A stretch of 64,000 nt of DNA, from NCBI GenBank assembly GCA_965240325.2, contig OZ251234.1, forward strand, positions 620,001-684,000, in the 5' to 3' direction. This document shows positions 22,257 through 34,392 of the stretch, in pieces (positions within the stretch are counted from its first letter, which is position 1; each line of letters opens with the position of its first letter). The stretch is from Rebecca billardiae RCC1528. Lineage: Eukaryota; Protista; Haptophyta. The notes beneath the pieces were generated by a model, which was not told where the DNA came from, did no database searches, and saw only the letters and a list, made by a program, of their open reading frames with translations. The position numbers were made by a program, and so were the translations under genes.

Positions 22257-23039
22257 ATGGGATCCCTGCACAGCACTGCTGTGTTTGCCGAGGTCCCGGG
22301 CATGGTGTGCGTCGTCTACCCGTGGACGCCCGACGACTCATGCTACGCGTGCACAGCCAACGAGTGGAGCTACTACCACTCTCGCTTCGACATGATCGCA
22401 GACCAGGTACCCCAGGCGTTGGCTGGGCGCGTGCCGCTCGACCTGTGGTACCGCCTGCTTGACGGCTGCCACGAAGCATCTCGCCCGGATTACCTGTACT
22501 ACAAGTATGGCTTCGGTCTGGGCCTCATGACGCTCGTGCTTCTCGTGTTCATCCTGGCGCCCACGCTGGGCCTCGTATGGGGCGTTTTGCCCTTCGTCCT
22601 CGTAGGCGTCCCCATGGCCGTCGTTCAGCGCATTCTTGCCATCATCCTGAACCGCAAGCTCTCGACTCTGATCGAGCGCCTGCGGCCGGAGTTTGAGGCG
22701 ACGGGCTGCTCCATCGAGTGGCGCTGCGCGTGGGTGGGCGGGATGGAGGCGCTCTCGCGGCACGTGTGGGTGGAGATCATTGCCGGCGGCTCCTTGCATC
22801 CCGCTGGTGGGCGAGGGGCGGCCGGTGCAGGGGGCGCCGGGCCCGGCGCTCCCACACGTGCGTGGGAGCAAGCGTCGGTCACGCCTGCTGCAGCGTCGCG
22901 AATTGCGCCAGTCCGCCCGGGCCGTGAAGACGCGGGCGAAGGGCGGGCTGTTGCCAGCGGCGACAGTGGTGACGAGGCCGACAGCGTTCGGCGATTCGCG
23001 ACCGACGATCCGGCGACAGAATCGGACATGGCGGCGTGA
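22257..23039 (+). CDS. Two-TM membrane protein, Erf4/Golgin-A7-like
   Basis: VPQALAGRVPLDLW, a hydrophobic hairpin, then LSTLIERLRPEFEATGCSIEW. Family assigned by motif recall only. Confidence 0.55.
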   Translation: MGSLHSTAVFAEVPGMVCVVYPWTPDDSCYACTANEWSYYHSRFDMIADQVPQALAGRVPLDLWYRLLDGCHEASRPDYLYYKYGFGLGLMTLVLLVFILAPTLGLVWGVLPFVLVGVPMAVVQRILAIILNRKLSTLIERLRPEFEATGCSIEWRCAWVGGMEALSRHVWVEIIAGGSLHPAGGRGAAGAGGAGPGAPTRAWEQASVTPAAASRIAPVRPGREDAGEGRAVASGDSGDEADSVRRFATDDPATESDMAA

Positions 23040-23495
23040 TGATCGTCGCGATGCTCCGCGGTTTTGCGCCCGCCGCAAAGACGCCCGTCACTCGCGAGTC
23101 GCGTCGCGACACTCTGATGACAACAGCCAGCATCAGTCATGGCATCAGTGATCAGGTGCCACCTGGCAACGCACGCCGCCGCACGCGACGCAGGGGATTT
23201 GCCGTCGCCGGCGCCATCGGGGCCACCAGCGGCGGGCGGTTGCCGAATGCAACGTCAGCCCGGCGCGCCGCCCATTACAGCCTAAGTTACTTGAGCATTC
23301 AGCGCCATCCAGTTATAACTATAGTAGACTCAGCGACGACCGTAGTGGAAGCGAGTCACACCGGAGTATTATGCCGATTTCGGGCAACTGAAATCAAGGG
23401 CGCTAATCGGCGACGACAATCCCGCGGCTCACCCACGGCCAACGCGCTCCGCGGACATCCTGCTCCGCCTCTGCAATCATCATCATCATCAGTAT

Positions 23496-23497
<2 letters not shown>

Positions 23498-23557
<60 letters not shown>
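23498..23557 (+). repeat. (AC)n microsatellite
   Basis: About 30 perfect dinucleotide units. Confidence 0.98.
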
Positions 23558-23559
<2 letters not shown>

Positions 23560-25224
23560 ACGATGTTTATTCCGCCTTACCAGTTCCCCGGTCACGCAGG
23601 GGCTTATCACAGTGTCACAGTGCATGAATGACTCAGGCACGGCGTTTGACTCGGTTATGTTGCGCGCCGCGCGGGCGCGACGGTCACGAGCCGTCCTTGC
23701 GCGAGTGCTTTCAGTTCGGGCATCCTGCCGCGGTGTCGCGCACGCTCACGCTCGCTGTTGGCGCGGCAATACGCCTCGAGCTCGGCCGGTGTGCTCGGCT
23801 GCGCTTCCACTTTCCAGGTTGCGATCGCTCGTTTGCGCCCGTGCCGTGGGTACTGGACAGGTGCGATCGAGCGACCGCGCGCGTCGAGCGAACCGGTAGA
23901 TACCGGCCCCCACGTTCGCAAAGCTGCAAACGATCGATACAGTAATCCGAGCGGGTACTTGCACTTATCCGCACACGGCAGCGACTAGCGAGCGCGTATT
24001 GATGCGGTCGGTCCGTCTTCGATCAGCGAGCGACTTTCGCATGCAGGCGGGTAGGCATTTGCGCCTATGTATCCACGCACGATCTTTTCTTGTCCCTCCT
24101 AATAATTTCCCCTTATTTATAACGGGCTCCGGGTGATCAGACTGGCGGCCGAAGCCTCCAGCGGAGTGAGTCCAGCCCACCCTGGCCAGCCCCCAACCAA
24201 CCACCACCCCACCCAACCTCAAACCACTGACCGAGACACCTAGTGTCTTGACACCACTCCACTGTGGACAGCCCGCCTCCAGAGGGGGCGGGGGTATGCC
24301 ATTGCCAACAGCATACAAGCCCAACACTGTGGGGTGGTCCCAGGTACAACCTCAGACTCCTCCTCCTCCTGGCTCCTCCTCCTCATCATCCACTCCAGGG
24401 GCTGGTCCCCAGACAATACTGTAAGGTCTGGCGCTCTGCAGTGGCGGATGCCAGCTGAAACTGGGGCTTTTGGCCCAGTTTGCGATGGCACAGTGGGGGG
24501 CTTCGCGGGTCAGTAAACTGGGGAAAAGCCTCAGTTTCAGATGGCACGCGCCCACTGCGGCCGTGCCATCGCAAACTGGGCCGAATCGCCCAGTTTGCGT
24601 GTGCACGGGGACGCACTGCGGCCGGCTGCAACTTGGCTCAGCATGGGGCAGCTGTCCACAGCCCAGGCGGGGCGTCACCGCCTGCGGGCCGCCGGTGGGC
24701 AGGGCGGACGGCGTCGCAGAGCTCATGCGTGGGAGCAGCGCGTTGAGGAAGCAACCAAGGTCGAGAAGGAGGGGGCAAGGCCGGCAAGCAGCAGGGGCCA
24801 CCGGTACGTTCGTACATGCCTCCACACCGGTGCACATCATCACCATTGCTCGCGGCCGTGACCTGTGCTGGCACGTATCTCATCATCGCCCACCTTGCAG
24901 TGACGGCCGAGCTAGGGCGAACACTCACAGGCACCGAACACGCATCGGCGGTGCCCACTGGTGCTGGCATGCTGTCCTCTACTTGCTGCCGGACAGCAAG
25001 GAGACGGCACCGCCGCAGCTTCGAGCGGGTGAGGTGCTGCTCTGCTCAGCGAGGCTGAGAGGCTGAGCACGGATCACGGATGGTGAGCCCTGGTCTCTCA
25101 ACGCATCCAGGAGAGCAGTTGGTGCATAACTGTGCTCAGACGTGCAGGACCAACCATCCGGTGCTGCTTCAAGCACCCGCGCCAACAGCGGCGGTACTCA
25201 ACTCCACGCTGCTCATGCGGCCGC

Positions 25225-26645
25225 ACAGCTGCAGGGATGGTACCACGGCGGGCTGCGGCGGTCGCTGGAGCTGGCAGCTCGGTGGTGCCTGCCCGATGGG
25301 CCTGGGCGCTGGGCGCACCGAGCGCGGTGACGCTGCTCGTCTCGCCCAGCGCGCTGGAGCCGCTGCCATCGGGTGCCGCTGCGCCCGCGCCCAGCTTGGG
25401 CAGTAGCAGCTGCGCTCGACTCCGCGCCGAGTGCGGCGGCAGCAGCAGGGATGGTGCCACGGCGGGCTGCGGCGGTCGCTGGAGCTGGCAGCTCGGTGGT
25501 GCGCGCCCGATGGGCCTGGGCGCTGGGCGCACCGAGCGCGGTGACGCCGCTCGCCTCTCCTCTCGCGCTGGAGCCGCTGTCATCGGGCGCTGCTGCGCCC
25601 GCGCCCAGCCGGGGCAGCTGCAGCTGTGCTCGACTCCGCGCCGAGTGCGGCGGCAGCAGCAGGGATGGTGCCACGGCGGGCTGCGGCAGTCGCTGGAGGT
25701 GGCAGCTCGGTGGTGCGCGCCCGAGGAGCCTGGGCGCTGGGCGCACCGAGCACGGTGACGCTGCTCGCCTCGCCCAGCGCGCTGGAGCCGCTGCCATCGG
25801 GCGCTGCTGCGCCCGCGCCCAGCTTGGGCAGCTGCGCTCGACTCCGCGCCGAGTGCGGCGGCAGCAGCAGGGATGGTGCCACGGCGGTCGGCGGCGGTCG
25901 CTGCAGCTGAAAGCTCGTTGGTGCCTGCTCGATGGGCCTGGGCGCTGGGCGCACCGAGCGCGGTGACGCTGCTCGCCTCGCCCAGCGCGCTCGAGCCGCT
26001 GTCACCAGGCGCTGCTGCGCCCGCGCCCAGCTTGGGCAGCTGCAGCTGCGCTCGACTCCGCGCCGAGTGCGGCGGCAGCAGCAGGGATGGTGCCACTGCG
26101 GGCTGCGGCAGTCGCTGGAGGTGGCAGCTCGGTGGTGCGCGCCCGAGGAGCCTGGGCGCTGGGCGCACCGAGCGCGGTGACGCCGCTCGCCTCTCCTCTC
26201 GCGCTGGAGCCGCTGTCATCGGGCGCTGCTGCGCCCGCGCCCAGCCGGGGCAGCTGCAGCTGTGCTCGACTCCGCGCCGAGTGCGGCAGCAGCGGCAGGG
26301 ATGGTGCCACGGCGGGCTGCGGCAGTCGCTGGAGCTGGCAGCTCGGTGGTGCGCGCCCGAGGAGCCTGGGCGCTGGGCGCACCGAGCACGGTGACGCTGC
26401 TCGCCTCGCCCAGCGCGCTGGAGCCGCTGCCATCGGGCGCTGCTGCGCCCGCGCCCACCCGGGGCAGCTGCAGCTGCGCTCGACTCCGCGCCGAGTGCGG
26501 CGGCAGCAGCAGGGATGGTGCCACGGCGGGCTGCGGCAGTCGCTGGAGCTGGCAGCTCGGTGGTGCGCGCCCGAGGAGCCTGGGCGCTGGGCGCACCGAG
26601 CGCGGTGACGCTGCTCGCCTCGCCCATCGCGCTGGTGAGCCGCTG
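25225..26645 (+). repeat. 214-bp tandem repeat, about 7 units (left arm)
   Basis: GGGATGGTGCCAC recurs at about 25234, 25448, 25662, 25870, 26083, 26298 and 26512. Confidence 0.92.
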
Positions 26646-26953
26646 CCTCCCGGCGCTGCCTCCCGGCGCTGCGCTGTCTGCGCGCAGCCGGAGCAGCTGC
26701 AGCAGTTCAGATCAGCACCGTCGCGACAGCTCGGTCGATGCGTATCATGAACTAGAAGAGTGACGATGAATTCGTCGTCTCTTCATCTTCTGCTCATACT
26801 ATAGAGTCATAATCAAATGCGCGCGCATATAATAAGTATATTGAGCTAATTGAGCAGAGTGCTGCGACTGCTCAGATCGCAGATCGGACTCACTATTCGA
26901 CCGATGGTCACTCGGACTGCGGTCGCAGCGGACTGTATAGGCGTAACGTGATG

Positions 26954-28673
26954 ATGGCCCGCGGTGCAGGGCGGAGCGCGCAGCGTGGAGCCCGCACCAG
27001 CGGGCCCGAACCACGTTTCAAAAAGATCTTTGATCAAGAAAAAAGGGACGGGGGGCGATTTTTTAGGGCTGGAGGAGACCGAGTTTCGATTTTGAGACTC
27101 CCTTACAGGTGCATTAGCGTCGAAAAAGGGCGCGTCCGCCGTCTCGAATAGTGAACAGAGGAATCAACGAAACCGACGCCCAAGTGCGCCAGGCAGGGTA
27201 ATTGTGGGTAGACTCTCGTTCATGTGTGACCATAGTAATAAATAAATATGGCCTCGCCGCCGCAACGACTCTCATCGTATTTATCTTCACCGCGGGCCAT
27301 AATGTATCGTAGTACCCGCGTATGCCGAAAGCTGGGATTGCAGAGGAAGCGGGTCGCGTATGACCGGACTCTTTACCACTCGTTACCTGATCGTCGCCAT
27401 CTGACAAATGGTATTCATCAAGGAGCCATCAGGAGAACGAATCCACCGCTTCGTGACGACAAATGGTATTCATCAATGAGCCATCAGGAGAATGAATCCA
27501 CCGCGTCGTAACCTACTGATCAGAGAGCTACCCGGCACGCAAGGCACTCTTGATCAGAGAGCTACTTAAGGCACGTGCCGAGGTGAAAGAGGTCGTCAAC
27601 TGCGGAGCCTGTCCAAGGGAGTGCCTTGCGACGCGCGCCGGTTCCTGGGTCGCGCAGCGGCGCCCAGCTGCCTGCACGCGAGCGGCGGCCACGTGGCGCG
27701 AGGAGCTGCGTGGGGAAATCGCCGCGCGCGTCGACGCGGCGATCACCGGGCTGCAGGCCTCGGCAATCGACGCGGTGCGCACCCTCGCCGCCAGCCGCGA
27801 CGACTCCGCCGTCGAGCTGCAGCAGCTGCGCGCGCAGATGCCAGAAGTGCCGATGGGCGGCGGCGTATCAGCAGGCTGACGTGCACGAGCACGTGACACG
27901 CGGAGGCGCTAGGCGCCAAGCTGGCGAAGTGCGGCGCCGAGCTCGACGAGCTGAGCGACGCGGCAACGGACGCGCTGGGCGCCCGCGCCGCCATCGTCGC
28001 GGCGCCCTCCAGCAGCTCGAGCAGCTGTGGATAGATGGCCGTCGAGGCGACCGCGGGTGTGACTCACAGTGTGAGTGACTCACTGAGTGAGCGCGCGCGG
28101 CTCAGCCTGCCGCTGGCAGCCGCCGTCTTCGAGGCCGACGCGGCGGAGGAGGCGGCGGGCGAGCACGGCGGCGCGGTGGAGCAGGCGCGCACGCGCGGCG
28201 GCAGGCGCGACGCGCCGCTCGCCTCGTTCCACCGCCCCGAGCTCCGCTCGGTCGGTCTTGGTGCGCGGCTGCGCAGCCGGCAGGCCGGGGCCAGCAGTGG
28301 CGCGCGCTCTCGCTCTGCCGGCACGAGGCGCGCCGGCTGAGCGACCAGCGGCCCGTCGTCGAGCGCATGGCGCAGGGCGAGTACCTCAAGCAGGTGCGCC
28401 CGCTCGCGCGCATGCGCCGGCTCGCGCCGCGCCAGCGCCTCTCGGCCTCGCCCTGCCTGCGCGCGCGCGCCGGCCGCTAGTCCCCGCGGCGGCCCGCGGC
28501 GACAGTCCTCATCGGCCCGCCGGCCCGGTGGGCGGCAGTGACTGAGTTGGCGGTGGCAGCTCAGGCGAACTGTTACACTTACACATGTCAGACTGAGACA
28601 GCAGCCGACGGAGGGTGCACCGCGGGCCCCGAACTACGTTCGTTCTACGGAAAAAGACCGCGGAACGCGGTCA
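26954..28673 (+). mobile_element. Family-A Helentron-like element, copy A2, with captured coding-like fragments
   Basis: 5' ATGGCCCGCGGTGCA; perfect subterminal inverse TGCACCGCGGGCC (28616-28628); hairpin 28656-28672; segment 28086-28445 is shared with A3 (about 52868-53340). Confidence 0.8.
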
Positions 28674-29204
28674 TATATCACTCATCAGATATCAGTACTA
28701 GCAGTGTCTGACTAGTGATGATGACCTGAGAAGCAGTCGTCGTAGATGTACGTACGGATGATAGCAGTCGGATGATGACCGGGGGCTCCGATCACGGACT
28801 GCTCTCCGGCCGCGCGACTATACGGCATTATGATGATGATGATGCGTGCTGATGATGCCGACGATGTATCGCGCGACGATAGTCCAATACCGGCCGGGCC
28901 GTGCGCGGCACTCCGGATCCGACGGCGACTACGACTCAGTACGCTGCTACGAGTTCTCTCGTCAATCTCTGGCCGCACCGTCAGTCATCGGGCACTCCGT
29001 GTGACCGTGACTCCGAGTTAGTACCGCGCCACCGCGCCAGTCACGCCACTCGGCCGCCCTCGGCTGCTGCTGCTGCCTGCGGCCCGGCACAAGCGACTCG
29101 CTCATCTACTTCATACGCAGCGACCGAGCAGCAGTCGCGGTAATCTGCTGAGCAGCAGCAGTTAATCACCAGCCTGCTGCTGCTGCTGCCTGCCACGACA
29201 CGGC

Positions 29205-30695
29205 ACGCGGCGTGGAGTCGAGCCGGCAGAGTCTGCAGCTGCCCGGGCGCGGTGCAGCAGCATCAGATGGCAGCGGCTCGAGCGCGGTGGGCGAGGCGAG
29301 CAGCGTCAGTGCGCTCTGTGCGTCCACCGCCCAGGCCCCTGGGGCACGAACCGCCGGGGTGTCAGCTCCAGCGACCGCCGCCGACCGCCGTGGCACCATC
29401 CTTGCTGCTACCGCCGCACGCGGTGGGAAGTCGAGCGCAGCTGCTGCTGCCCAAGCGGGGCGCAGGCGCAGCAGCATCGGATGGCAGCGGCTCCAGCGCG
29501 CTGCGGGAAGCGAGCGGCGTCACCGCGCTCAGTGCACCAAATGCCTAGCCCCCTCGGGCGCGCACCGCCGGGCTTTGAGCTCCAGCGACCGCCGCCGCCA
29601 GCCGTGGCACCATCCCTGCTGCTGCTGCCGCACTCGGCGCGGAGTCGAGCGCAGCTGCAGCTGCCCCGGCTGGGCGCGGGCGCAGCAGCGCCCGATGACA
29701 GCGGCTCCAGCGCGAGAGGAGAGGCGAGCGGCGTCACCGCGCTCGGTGCGCCCAGCGCCCAGGCTCCTCGGGCGCGCACCACCGAACTGCCAGCTCCAGC
29801 GACTGCCGCAGTCCGCCGTGGCACCATCCCTGCTGCTGCCGCCGCACTCGGCGCGGAGTCGAGCGCAGCTGCAGCTGCCCCGGCTGGGCGCGGGCGCAGC
29901 AGCGCCCGATGGCAGCGGCTCCAGCGCGCTGGGCGAGGCGAGCAGCGTCACCGTGCTCGGTGCGCCCAGCGCCCAGGCTCCTCGGGCGCGCACCACCGAG
30001 CTGCCAGCTCCAGCGACTGCCGCAGCCCGCCGTGGCACCATCCCTGCTGCTGCCGCTGCACTCGGCGCGGAGTCGAGCGCAGCTGCTGCTGCCCAAGCTG
30101 GGCGCGGGCGCAGCAGCGCCCGATGGCAGCGGCTCCAGCGCGCTGGGCGAGGCGAGCAGCGTCACCGCGCTCGGTGCGCCCAGCGCCCAGGCTCCTCGGG
30201 CGCGCACCACCGAGCTGCCACCTCCAGCGACTGCCGCCGCCCGCCGTGGCACCATCCCTGCTGCTGCCGCCGCACTCGGCGCGGAGTCGAGCGCAGCCGC
30301 TGCTGCCCAAGCTGGGCGCGGGCGCAGCAGCGCCTGGTGACAGCGGCTCCAGCGCGCTGGGCGAGACGAGCAGCGTCACCGCGCTCGGTGCGCCCAGCGC
30401 CCAGGCCCATCGGGCGCGCACCACCGAGCTGCCAGCTCCAGCGACCGCCGCAGCCCGCCGTGGCACCATCCCTGCTGCTGCCGCCGCACTCGGCGCGGAG
30501 TCGAGCGCAGCTGCTACTGCCCAAGCTGGGCGCGGGCGCAGCGGCACCCGATGGCAGCGGCTCCAGCGCGCTGGGCGAGACGAGCAGCGTCACCGCGCTC
30601 GGTGCGCCCAGCGCCCAGGCCCATCGGGCAGGCACCACCGAGCTGCCAGCTCCAGCGACCGCCGCAGCCCGCCGTGGTACCATCCCTGCAGCTGT
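29205..30695 (-). repeat. 214-bp tandem repeat, about 7 units (right arm, inverted)
   Basis: GTGGCACCATCC recurs at about 29390, 29604, 29818, 30032, 30247, 30460 and 30674. Confidence 0.92.
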
Positions 30696-31595
30696 GCGGC
30701 CGCATGAGCAGCGTGGAGTTGAGTACCGCCGCTGTTGGCGCGGGTGCTTGAAGCAGCACCGGATGGTTGGTCCTGCACGTCTGAGCACAGTTATGCACCA
30801 ACTGCTCTCCTGGATGCGTTGAGAGACCAGGGCTCACCATCCGTGATCCGTGCTCAGCCTCTCAGCCTCGCTGAGCAGAGCAGCACCTCACCCGCTCGAA
30901 GCTGCGGCGGTGCCGTCTCCTTGCTGTCCGGCAGCAAGTAGAGGACAGCATGCCAGCACCAGTGGGCACCGCCGATGCGTGTTCGGTGCCTGTGAGTGTT
31001 CGCCCTAGCTCGGCCGTCACTGCAAGGTGGGCGATGATGAGATACGTGCCAGCACAGGTCACGGCCGCGAGCAAGGGTGATGATGTGCACCGGTGTGGAG
31101 GCATGTACGAACGTACCGGTGGCCCCTGCTGCTTGCCGGCCTTGCCCCCTCCTTCTCGACCTTGGTTGCCTCCTCAACGCGCTGCTCCCACGCATGAGCT
31201 CTGCGACGCCGTCCGCCCTGCCCACCGGCGGCCCGCAGGCGGTGACGCCCCGCCTGGGCTGTGGACAGCTGCCCCATGCTGAGCCAAGTTGCAGCCGGCC
31301 GCAGTGCGTCCCCGTGCACACGCAAACTGGGCGATTCGGCCCAGTTTGCGATGGCACGGCCGCAGTGGGCGCGTGCCATCTGAAACTGAGGCTTTTCCCC
31401 AGTTTACTGACCCGCGAAGCCCCCCACTGTGCCATCGCAAACTGGGCCAAAAGCCCCAGTTTCAGCTGGCATCCGCCACTGCAGAGCGCCAAACCTGGCT
31501 GCCCCAGACGGCAGTCGCTCCGCTTTGTGCAGTTGGGTTTCCAGAATTTTCTGTTTTCTTTTGCGGAATAATCCTCGTTTACCTGACCCTCCTCG

Positions 31596-33083
31596 ATGGC
31601 GATCGTCATCGCACGCAGGCCTGTGGCACTTGTGTCCGCGTGGGCTCTCCTGGTGCTCTGCCTGCTGCTCGCAGCCGATGCAGCTGCTACGGATCAGCTG
31701 CATCGTGTGGGCAGCCTCTGGCCAGCGTGTTCGGCGCGCTGGGTCCAGGGCACGCCAGAGTACCCTCTGATTGGGCTCAGCGAGCAAGAGCTGTGGCGAG
31801 TCAAGCATTACGTCGGCCCAATGCTGGCGGCCGCAGTCGATCGCGCCGCCGCGGGCGCCATTGCAGAGCGTGATTCTGAAACAGGGGAAGGCAACCACTC
31901 CATCGCGCTGACAGTGCAAGGGCTAGGTGGGGGACGCCGCAAGGTGATGAACAACATGATGAACAGAACCTCGTGCACGGCGCCGATACTCGGCAGGCTA
32001 AGGGCGCTCACGCTCGCAGAGTTTAAGAGATTGACGGCATGTCTGACGACAGCCGATCGTGGTGAACGCTTACGTGGCATCGAGTACCTTACTGGCATGG
32101 TATGCCTACTGGAAGCGTACATGGCAGCACTGAGCAGTGGCAGGGCAGGCTTGCAAGTTGGAGCAGAGCATGATTGGCTATGGTTGTTCCACTTCGGCGA
32201 CACTGTGCTGATGAGCAGCGCTCTGGCAGGCGTGCCTGTGCTGACTAAGGCACGGCTGGTAGGAAGCAGCTTGGAGGTGGTGCTACCTCTAAATCACAAT
32301 CGCCACAGTGAGGGGCTGCAAACTGTGCTGGATCTGGAGAAAAGACATCCACTGCCCTTCCGCCAGCGCAATCGGTCTGCCCTCTGGAGAGGCTCCGCCA
32401 CTGGGCGCACTGGTGTATTACTCCGTGGTGAGGAGAGGTGCAGCAACAAGGCCAGTGGTGCGAAAGCACGGGGTGACAAGAGTACATCAACAGCCTCTGG
32501 GTGCTTCTCGAGCAGGCTGCCCAGATCGGACAGACTCGCCCTGGTGCGCACATGGTCGGGTGTGCCCAGCTCGCAGCGGACAGGTGGGGTCAGCATTGAT
32601 GTGGGCTACACTCAACCGCGCGGCGCAGCTTTGGATGCACGCCTGGCCGGCTTTCGCAAGGACCGTCTCTCTGTGAAGGAGTTTCGCCAGCATAGGTACC
32701 TGCTGTCTGCAGAGGGCAACGATGTGGCGACAGGGCTTTCATGGATGCTGCTGAGTGGGAGTGTGGTGTTGATGCCACCACCCACGAAAGAGACATGGGC
32801 ACTGCAGGGAGAGCTCATGCCATGGGTGCACTATGTGCCCGTCCAGCCTAGCTGGGCAGACCTTGGGGAAAAGCTGGCTTGGTGTGAAGACCACGTGGAA
32901 CAGGCAGAAAACATCACTCACAATGCCAGGTCACACATCTTGAGGGTGTATGGCAACCCTGCTGCATCTGAAAGGAGGGTGGCAGTGGCTGTACTGCAAA
33001 TTGTCCGCAAGGCACTGGGCAAGTTGGGCCCTGCTGCTGCTCTGGGCCCGAAACTATTAAATCGCGATGGGCTGCTCGGATGA
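31596..33083 (+). CDS. Glycosyltransferase family 90 (CAP10/POGLUT-like), type II membrane protein
   Basis: N-terminal anchor; ALWRGSATG; HRYLLSAEGNDVATGLSWMLLSGSVVLM; LMPWVHYVPV..DL. Confidence 0.88.
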   Translation: MAIVIARRPVALVSAWALLVLCLLLAADAAATDQLHRVGSLWPACSARWVQGTPEYPLIGLSEQELWRVKHYVGPMLAAAVDRAAAGAIAERDSETGEGNHSIALTVQGLGGGRRKVMNNMMNRTSCTAPILGRLRALTLAEFKRLTACLTTADRGERLRGIEYLTGMVCLLEAYMAALSSGRAGLQVGAEHDWLWLFHFGDTVLMSSALAGVPVLTKARLVGSSLEVVLPLNHNRHSEGLQTVLDLEKRHPLPFRQRNRSALWRGSATGRTGVLLRGEERCSNKASGAKARGDKSTSTASGCFSSRLPRSDRLALVRTWSGVPSSQRTGGVSIDVGYTQPRGAALDARLAGFRKDRLSVKEFRQHRYLLSAEGNDVATGLSWMLLSGSVVLMPPPTKETWALQGELMPWVHYVPVQPSWADLGEKLAWCEDHVEQAENITHNARSHILRVYGNPAASERRVAVAVLQIVRKALGKLGPAAALGPKLLNRDGLLG

Positions 33084-33133
33084 ACCAGCAGTCAGTGTGA
33101 GCAGTGATGTGGGGTCAGCGGACAGCGGGTCAT

Positions 33134-33187
33134 ATATGTATGTATGTATGTATATGATGTATGTATGTATATGTATATATATGTGTG

Positions 33188-33240
<53 letters not shown>

Positions 33241-33286
33241 GTGAATGTGTGTGTGTGTGTGTGATGTGTGTGTATCTATCTATCTA
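33134..33286 (+). repeat. Compound (TATG)n/(TG)n/(TATC)n microsatellite
   Basis: Directly visible in the sequence. Confidence 0.95.
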
Positions 33287-33307
33287 ATCCGTATGTCGGG
33301 AGGTGTC

Positions 33308-34291
33308 ACCAAACCGCGAGCTCAGAATGAGGCGGAGTGTACCGAGCTAAGCGGATGTACCACTACCATGGTACACTTTGGTACATAATTGGTACACTAT
33401 TGGTACACTATTGGTACATGTAAAGATGTACCAAGCCGTGTACCAATAGTGTACCAATAGTGTACCAAAGTGTACCAACGCATCCTGACAATGTACCAAA
33501 TGTCATTGGGTGTACCATGGTACATTTTGGTACATCCACATAGCACATGTTGGTACATTACCTGATGTACCAACTCCCGTCCCAAATGTACCAACTCGTC
33601 CGAAGAATGTACCAATGTGTCCCAACGATGTACCAAATGTACCATCCCATGTGTACCAACCGTCCCCCAATGTACCATCAATGTACCAACTTTTCATGAA
33701 TGTACCAATAGTGTACCATCGTCGGCGATTCAGAGCTGGTACACTTTCCTGGGTGTACCTGGTACACCCACTCCCAGAATCCCTGGACCTGGTACATCGG
33801 GGGTTCAGTAGATGGTACACTCGTGCCGGAGTTGTCGTACACTTTTGGTACACCCTGCTGGGCCGAGTTGGTACATTCCGCGGAAATTTGGTACACTTGG
33901 TACATTTTCAGGACGAGTTGGTACATTTTTTGGTACACCCTGGGACAAGTTGGTACACTTTGGGGAGCAGTTGGTACATTCAGGGAGGAGTTGGTACACT
34001 TGGTACACTTTTGTGTGCAAACTGGTACATGGTTGGTACACGTTGGTACACTCATGAAATGTACCAAAGTGTACCATTTATGTACCAAAGTGTACATGGT
34101 ACACCCAATGGCATTTGGTACATTGTCAGGATGCGTTGGTACACTTTGGTACACTATTGGTACACTATTGGTACACTTGGTACATCTTTACATGTACCAA
34201 TAGTGTACCAATAGTGTACCAATTATGTACCAAAGTGTACCATGGTACATCCGCTTAGCTCGGTACACTCCGGTTCTGAGCTCGGTTTGGT
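33308..34291. mobile_element. About 1-kb foldback MITE-like element built from TGTACCA/TGGTACA heptamers
   Basis: TIRs of about 220 bp starting ACCAAACCG(CG)AGCTCAGAA..GGAGTGTACCGAGCTAAGCGGATGTACCA; dozens of GTAC-core motifs at about 10-20 bp spacing. Confidence 0.85.
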
Positions 34292-34304
34292 CGATGATCT
34301 ACCC

Positions 34305-34305
<1 letters not shown>

Positions 34306-34358
<53 letters not shown>

Positions 34359-34392
34359 ATATGTATATATATAGATATATACATGCATATAT
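34306..34392 (+). repeat. (ATCT)n/(AT)n microsatellite
   Basis: Directly visible in the sequence. Confidence 0.95.

Larger units (their letters stand above)
24424..31496. mobile_element. About 7.1-kb foldback structure with about 2.2-kb inverted arms (24424-~26645 and ~29205-31496)
   Basis: The outer ~1 kb is colinear (mirror coordinates sum to 55920) with few substitutions; each arm ends internally in a 214-bp array; no TSD found. Confidence 0.8.

Noticed and set aside
27247-27302. Tiny TATGGCC...GGCCATA inverted pair including a reversed family-A 5' motif inside A2
   Set aside because: Too short to call as an element without further copies.
25098-30822. 500-aa repetitive ORFs in the foldback arms
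   Set aside because: The 214-bp unit is not a multiple of three and the translation cycles through all frames, so this is a non-coding satellite.
33397-34214. Trp/Tyr/Val-His-rich ORFs
   Set aside because: These are translations of the GTAC heptamer repeats on both strands.
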